From: a bacterium
GTDB lineage: Bacteria > SZUA-182 > DTGQ01
DNA length: 64,000 nt
Reading direction: 5' to 3'
NCBI GenBank assembly: GCA_040755755.1
Contig: JBFLZW010000072.1
Span: 12,574 to 76,573, forward strand
Of the stretch, positions 60,975 to 64,000 are shown in pieces. The translations under genes and the position numbers were made by a program. The notes below the pieces were generated by a model. That model was not told where the DNA came from and ran no database searches. It saw only the letters and a program-made list of their open reading frames with translations. Position 1 is the first letter of the stretch, and each line of letters opens with the position of its first letter.

Positions 60975-61829
60975 TCAAGAATGGTCAATGCTAAAAAATA
61001 CTCGCTCATAGGTGATAGCCATTACCTCATGGTGATAGCACAAAGCAACAGTAGGGTGGGGCTCAAATGCCTCATTGCTGCTATGAGGGAAAAAGCAATC
61101 CTGGCATGATCGGGTATGCTCATCTCGATGCCTTCGAATGACATCGGCTGGGGTCCGCAGGTGATCATCCTGCTTCAGGGTCAGTCTCCACTGAACACAG
61201 GCCCAACCCAAGTGTACCACTGCACACCACGTGTCAGTGACTTCGTAAGACTGGACACGAAAGTCTCCCAGGCCCAAACGAGTCTTCAGGTAAAAGTTGT
61301 CGGTCTCACAGCCCCAACGTTTGGCATGCCACTGGAGCGGTTGAGAAAGCCCCAGGGACAGATCCGTACAGACAAAGTACGCCGGGTGTCGATCCCGGTA
61401 ATGCCTCTTTGATACCTTGCCGATGAATATACTTTAAGGAGCGAGCAGATGCATACCAGATGTCAAATAGAACATAGACTGAAAAATCCTTGGGTAACAG
61501 TGACCTTAGCTCCCTGAGGATTTGACGAAGCAGACTGTTCTTGTTGACAAAGTGCAAATGATGCGCGGACGCACGGGTTCGGTTGAGACGGCGGATAGTT
61601 TCCTCTCGTAAGTAAAGCCGAATGGTGTACGTGAAAGCAAGTCCACCGATCCACAGGTTGCAGTCCAGATAGACAAAGCCGTTTTTGTACCGTGGCTTAC
61701 CCTTGCCACTCTCAGTATGGTCATCGTGCCAATCCACAACCTCCAATTACTGGTATTGAAGATATTGCCTGGCAAAAACAAGAAGACATCTGATATTTTC
61801 TCCAGGCAACTCTCCCTAAAATGAAGCAA
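60975..61829 (-). pseudogene. IS4/IS701-like DDE transposase, C-terminal part, frameshifted
   Basis: Fragments found: VLFDIWYASARSLKYIHRQG (61306-61746 ORF), then in another frame HAKRWGCETDNFYLKTRLGLGDFRVQSYEVTDTWCAVVHLGWA (the Y..RW.IE..F...K..LGL..YQVRS-type C-terminal block). No N-terminal part and no terminal inverted repeats are identifiable. Confidence 0.55.
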
Positions 61830-62970
61830 TCAGCCGCGCGATGAGGGAAGCTCCCTGGTAATCGCGGTCGTTGTTCTTCAGGAGAAAGCCCTTGAGCATC
61901 GCGTCGGCATCGAGCCGGGAAGTAATCTGCCAGCCTGCTCCGGCTCCCAGTGAAAGTTTTTGCTTCTTTCCGAGATACAGGGGATCGGTCCGGAGATAAT
62001 CGTTCTCATCGGCCCAGAGAAATTCCATTTGGGATTTCAGAGATGTCTGGTCGTTCAGGGAATACCGCCCGGAGATACCGGCTATCCATTCATCACCGTG
62101 CCGGTTTTTGTCTTCGGTTGTAAAGGCGGGTGCAGGCTCTTCCTCGATCGATTTGCTTTTTCCCCGCAGGATGCTTTGCAGGCTGGCCTGCGCATCCCAG
62201 CGGGTCTGGCTGTAATTCAGTCCAAACCCCAGCCGGAGGAAGTTCCCCTCCTGAAAAGAATCCTTTCCTCGTTTGGTATCTTTGGTGAAATAAGCATAAT
62301 CAGCGAAGAGACGCGCCTGGTAACTGGTGAGGAAATTATAGTTCACCTGGGTGGTGAGATTAACGATATCCCCCGGATCATAGTCTCTGACCGTTTCGCA
62401 ATAGTCGTACTTTCCCCGAAAGACGTAACCGAGCCCAAGCCCGGCTGCCCAGCTTGTCCACTCCTTAGCCAGGGAAACAGTCGGGTTGATGTTCAGACCC
62501 TCTCCAAAATTCGTGATTGAGACAATATCCGGGTTGCCGATGAAAACCAGTTCCTTTTCCTTCAGATCGGTCCGGCCGGTGGGGAGATTCAAATCCAGGC
62601 CGAGAAGAATATCGACGGGCAATTGGTCGGTGATGGGGTAGGCGAGGTTGAGCCTGGTATCGAGGGTATTGGTCATGTATATTTTTTCTCCCTGTGCGAG
62701 GTTGAATTGGGTCCTGGCGGCTCCGGCCAGGATACCGGCGGAAAATTTCTGAAAGTCAAGCTCGATCTTGACCGGGATAGAGAATTGATACCCTTTGGTC
62801 GCCTCTGCTGCCCGCTGCCAAGCATGGCTGTGGCCGCTGCCGGTAAACCAGTCGAAGAAAAAGCCCGACCGGGCTTTTATTTCGGCTGCCGAGCTCATCC
62901 CGGCACTTATGCTCAGGACAGCAGCCGTCAGCAATGTCGCTGACACTATGATTACTCGGTATCTGTTCAC
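61816..62970 (-). CDS. Outer-membrane beta-barrel protein
   Basis: 384 aa with a signal peptide (..SAGMSSAAE), alternating amphipathic beta-strand pattern and a C-terminal ...ARLIASF (terminal Phe). Confidence 0.55.
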   Translation of the reverse strand: MNRYRVIIVSATLLTAAVLSISAGMSSAAEIKARSGFFFDWFTGSGHSHAWQRAAEATKGYQFSIPVKIELDFQKFSAGILAGAARTQFNLAQGEKIYMTNTLDTRLNLAYPITDQLPVDILLGLDLNLPTGRTDLKEKELVFIGNPDIVSITNFGEGLNINPTVSLAKEWTSWAAGLGLGYVFRGKYDYCETVRDYDPGDIVNLTTQVNYNFLTSYQARLFADYAYFTKDTKRGKDSFQEGNFLRLGFGLNYSQTRWDAQASLQSILRGKSKSIEEEPAPAFTTEDKNRHGDEWIAGISGRYSLNDQTSLKSQMEFLWADENDYLRTDPLYLGKKQKLSLGAGAGWQITSRLDADAMLKGFLLKNNDRDYQGASLIARLIASF

Positions 62971-63001
62971 GGCTCATCGTCCTCCTTTGCCATGATATAG
63001 T

Positions 63002-63973
63002 CTAGGGGAATTCGGTGGGTGGAAATTCAACAGAAGCGGGGTGACCGGCTTGGCCGCCAATCTCACGCACTGTGTCACCTGATGGTCTTCCTTCCCGTTT
63101 TATCGCATCTTCCGGAGTCAATTGGTCGGTGAGTGAAGTCTGATCCTTGATTGAGTGCAGGAAAGAATCCCTGCTCCGCGAATTCGGAACCAGGCCAAGA
63201 TCCTGCAACTCTCCAAGCGCCTCCCGTGCATGAGCGATCGAAGGATCTTCCCGTAATGCCCGCTGATAGAACCCGGCTGCTTTCCGGTAATCCCCTTCGT
63301 CACTGGCTGCAATCCCCGCGAACAGGTTGAGGGCGGCTTTTATACTCGTGGTCAATGGCTTTTGTAATCTTTTTTTCTCCTCCGGTGTAGGTTCAATCTT
63401 CAAATAACCGAGGATTTCAGAAACAAGCTCTTTCTCCAGATCGAATAATCTGGCTAAATCACCTTCGGTCACCGGCTGTTTCAGAACTTCAGCGGTCGGC
63501 ACATCCAGCAAAAGGGCCTTGATCTGCAATGGATGAAGCTGGCCATTCTGAAGATCACCACCGATCAGGCGCTGCGCGCCGAGTAATTTTCCAACCCGGG
63601 GTGCTTCATCCATATTCACCAAGCCGGACTTCCCAAGCTCCATTTCGTCCACAAGCGCCTGGAGCTTGACCCTTTCCACGACCTGAAGGCTCTTGATTTG
63701 AGAAAGGTCAGTGATGAGCATCAGGGCCATTCCCTTTTGCACGGGGTCCAGTTCCGGTTTTCCGGTCTTGTTCTGAAAAGGGAAAATGGCAAGGGTATTC
63801 GGCGCACCCGGTGCTCCAAGCCCCTTTTCTTTTGCCAGGACCTGCCTGGCCCAGAGTCTGTCTTCCTGCGTAATCACCTGCCCGGCCCACAAGGATGAAG
63901 CAAAAACAGCCAAAAACAGGATACAGCATAAGCAGATGGTTAACCATATATCCATTTTGGTGGTTTCGTTCAT
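63002..63973 (-). CDS. CsgG-like (COG1462-type) periplasmic lipoprotein-like protein with a C-terminal TPR segment
   Basis: Trimmed to the ATG at 63973 (MNETTKMDIWLTICL...). LAIFPFQNKTGKPELDPVQKGMALMLITDLSQIKSLQVVERVKLQALVDEMELGKSGLV is CsgG-like, and YRKAAGFYQRALREDPS is TPR-like. Confidence 0.5.
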   Translation of the reverse strand: MNETTKMDIWLTICLCCILFLAVFASSLWAGQVITQEDRLWARQVLAKEKGLGAPGAPNTLAIFPFQNKTGKPELDPVQKGMALMLITDLSQIKSLQVVERVKLQALVDEMELGKSGLVNMDEAPRVGKLLGAQRLIGGDLQNGQLHPLQIKALLLDVPTAEVLKQPVTEGDLARLFDLEKELVSEILGYLKIEPTPEEKKRLQKPLTTSIKAALNLFAGIAASDEGDYRKAAGFYQRALREDPSIAHAREALGELQDLGLVPNSRSRDSFLHSIKDQTSLTDQLTPEDAIKREGRPSGDTVREIGGQAGHPASVEFPPTEFP

Positions 63974-64000
63974 TTCGACAGCCTCGCACTGAGATGCCAA

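Overview
A 64-kb bacterial chromosomal segment with about 58 protein genes (mostly minus strand), one tRNA-Glu and no rRNA or CRISPR. The gene content suggests a Gram-negative anaerobe: RseC, a MacAB-type pump, an outer-membrane barrel ending in Phe, and GGDEF signalling.

Layout, left to right:
- 1-7.4 kb: a sugar-transferase fragment, then a tightly packed sulfur/selenium-type cluster (YeeE/YedE membrane protein, DUF3343 carrier-like protein, two PLP enzymes, YggS, a ribokinase-fold protein).
- 7.4-11 kb: orphan solute-binding proteins and a permease fusion.
- 11-12.1 kb: a 1-kb AT-rich gene desert, then tRNA-Glu.
- 12.4-21.2 kb: two secreted beta-helix proteins, Pfk, RseC, a Zn-ribbon polysaccharide deacetylase and an 887-aa all-coiled-coil protein.
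- 21.3-32.6 kb: the most interesting region. This lower-GC island encodes an SNF2 helicase with a DUF3883-like nuclease tail, a YwgA/Panacea-like protein, a DUF1156 Zn-ribbon methyltransferase and a DUF499 (BrxC-type) ATPase. It has no PglZ. A HEPN/MNT toxin-antitoxin cassette is inserted, bracketed by a 48-bp duplication of the methylase 5' end, and a MITE-like palindrome lies nearby.
- 33.7-47.7 kb: a long Mrp/Mbh-like cation/proton antiporter operon (E-F-G-D'-E'-B-C, then four NuoL/N-type subunits). A hybrid histidine kinase and a REC-GGDDF regulator are embedded in it. The NuoL-like subunit has a C-terminal tail built from about 24-aa tandem repeats.
- 48-64 kb: DapF, a MacAB/DevABC-type efflux pump, a secreted CBM/glycosidase-like protein, a DEAD-box helicase, RtcA coupled to an archaeal-type FAU-1/DUF402 protein, IS debris, an outer-membrane barrel and a CsgG-like TPR lipoprotein.

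Several families of short-period intergenic repeats recur across the window: heptamers ending in TCAG, CACAGAG octamers and A-rich hexamer microsatellites.

All functional calls come from motif recognition by eye. No database search was run.
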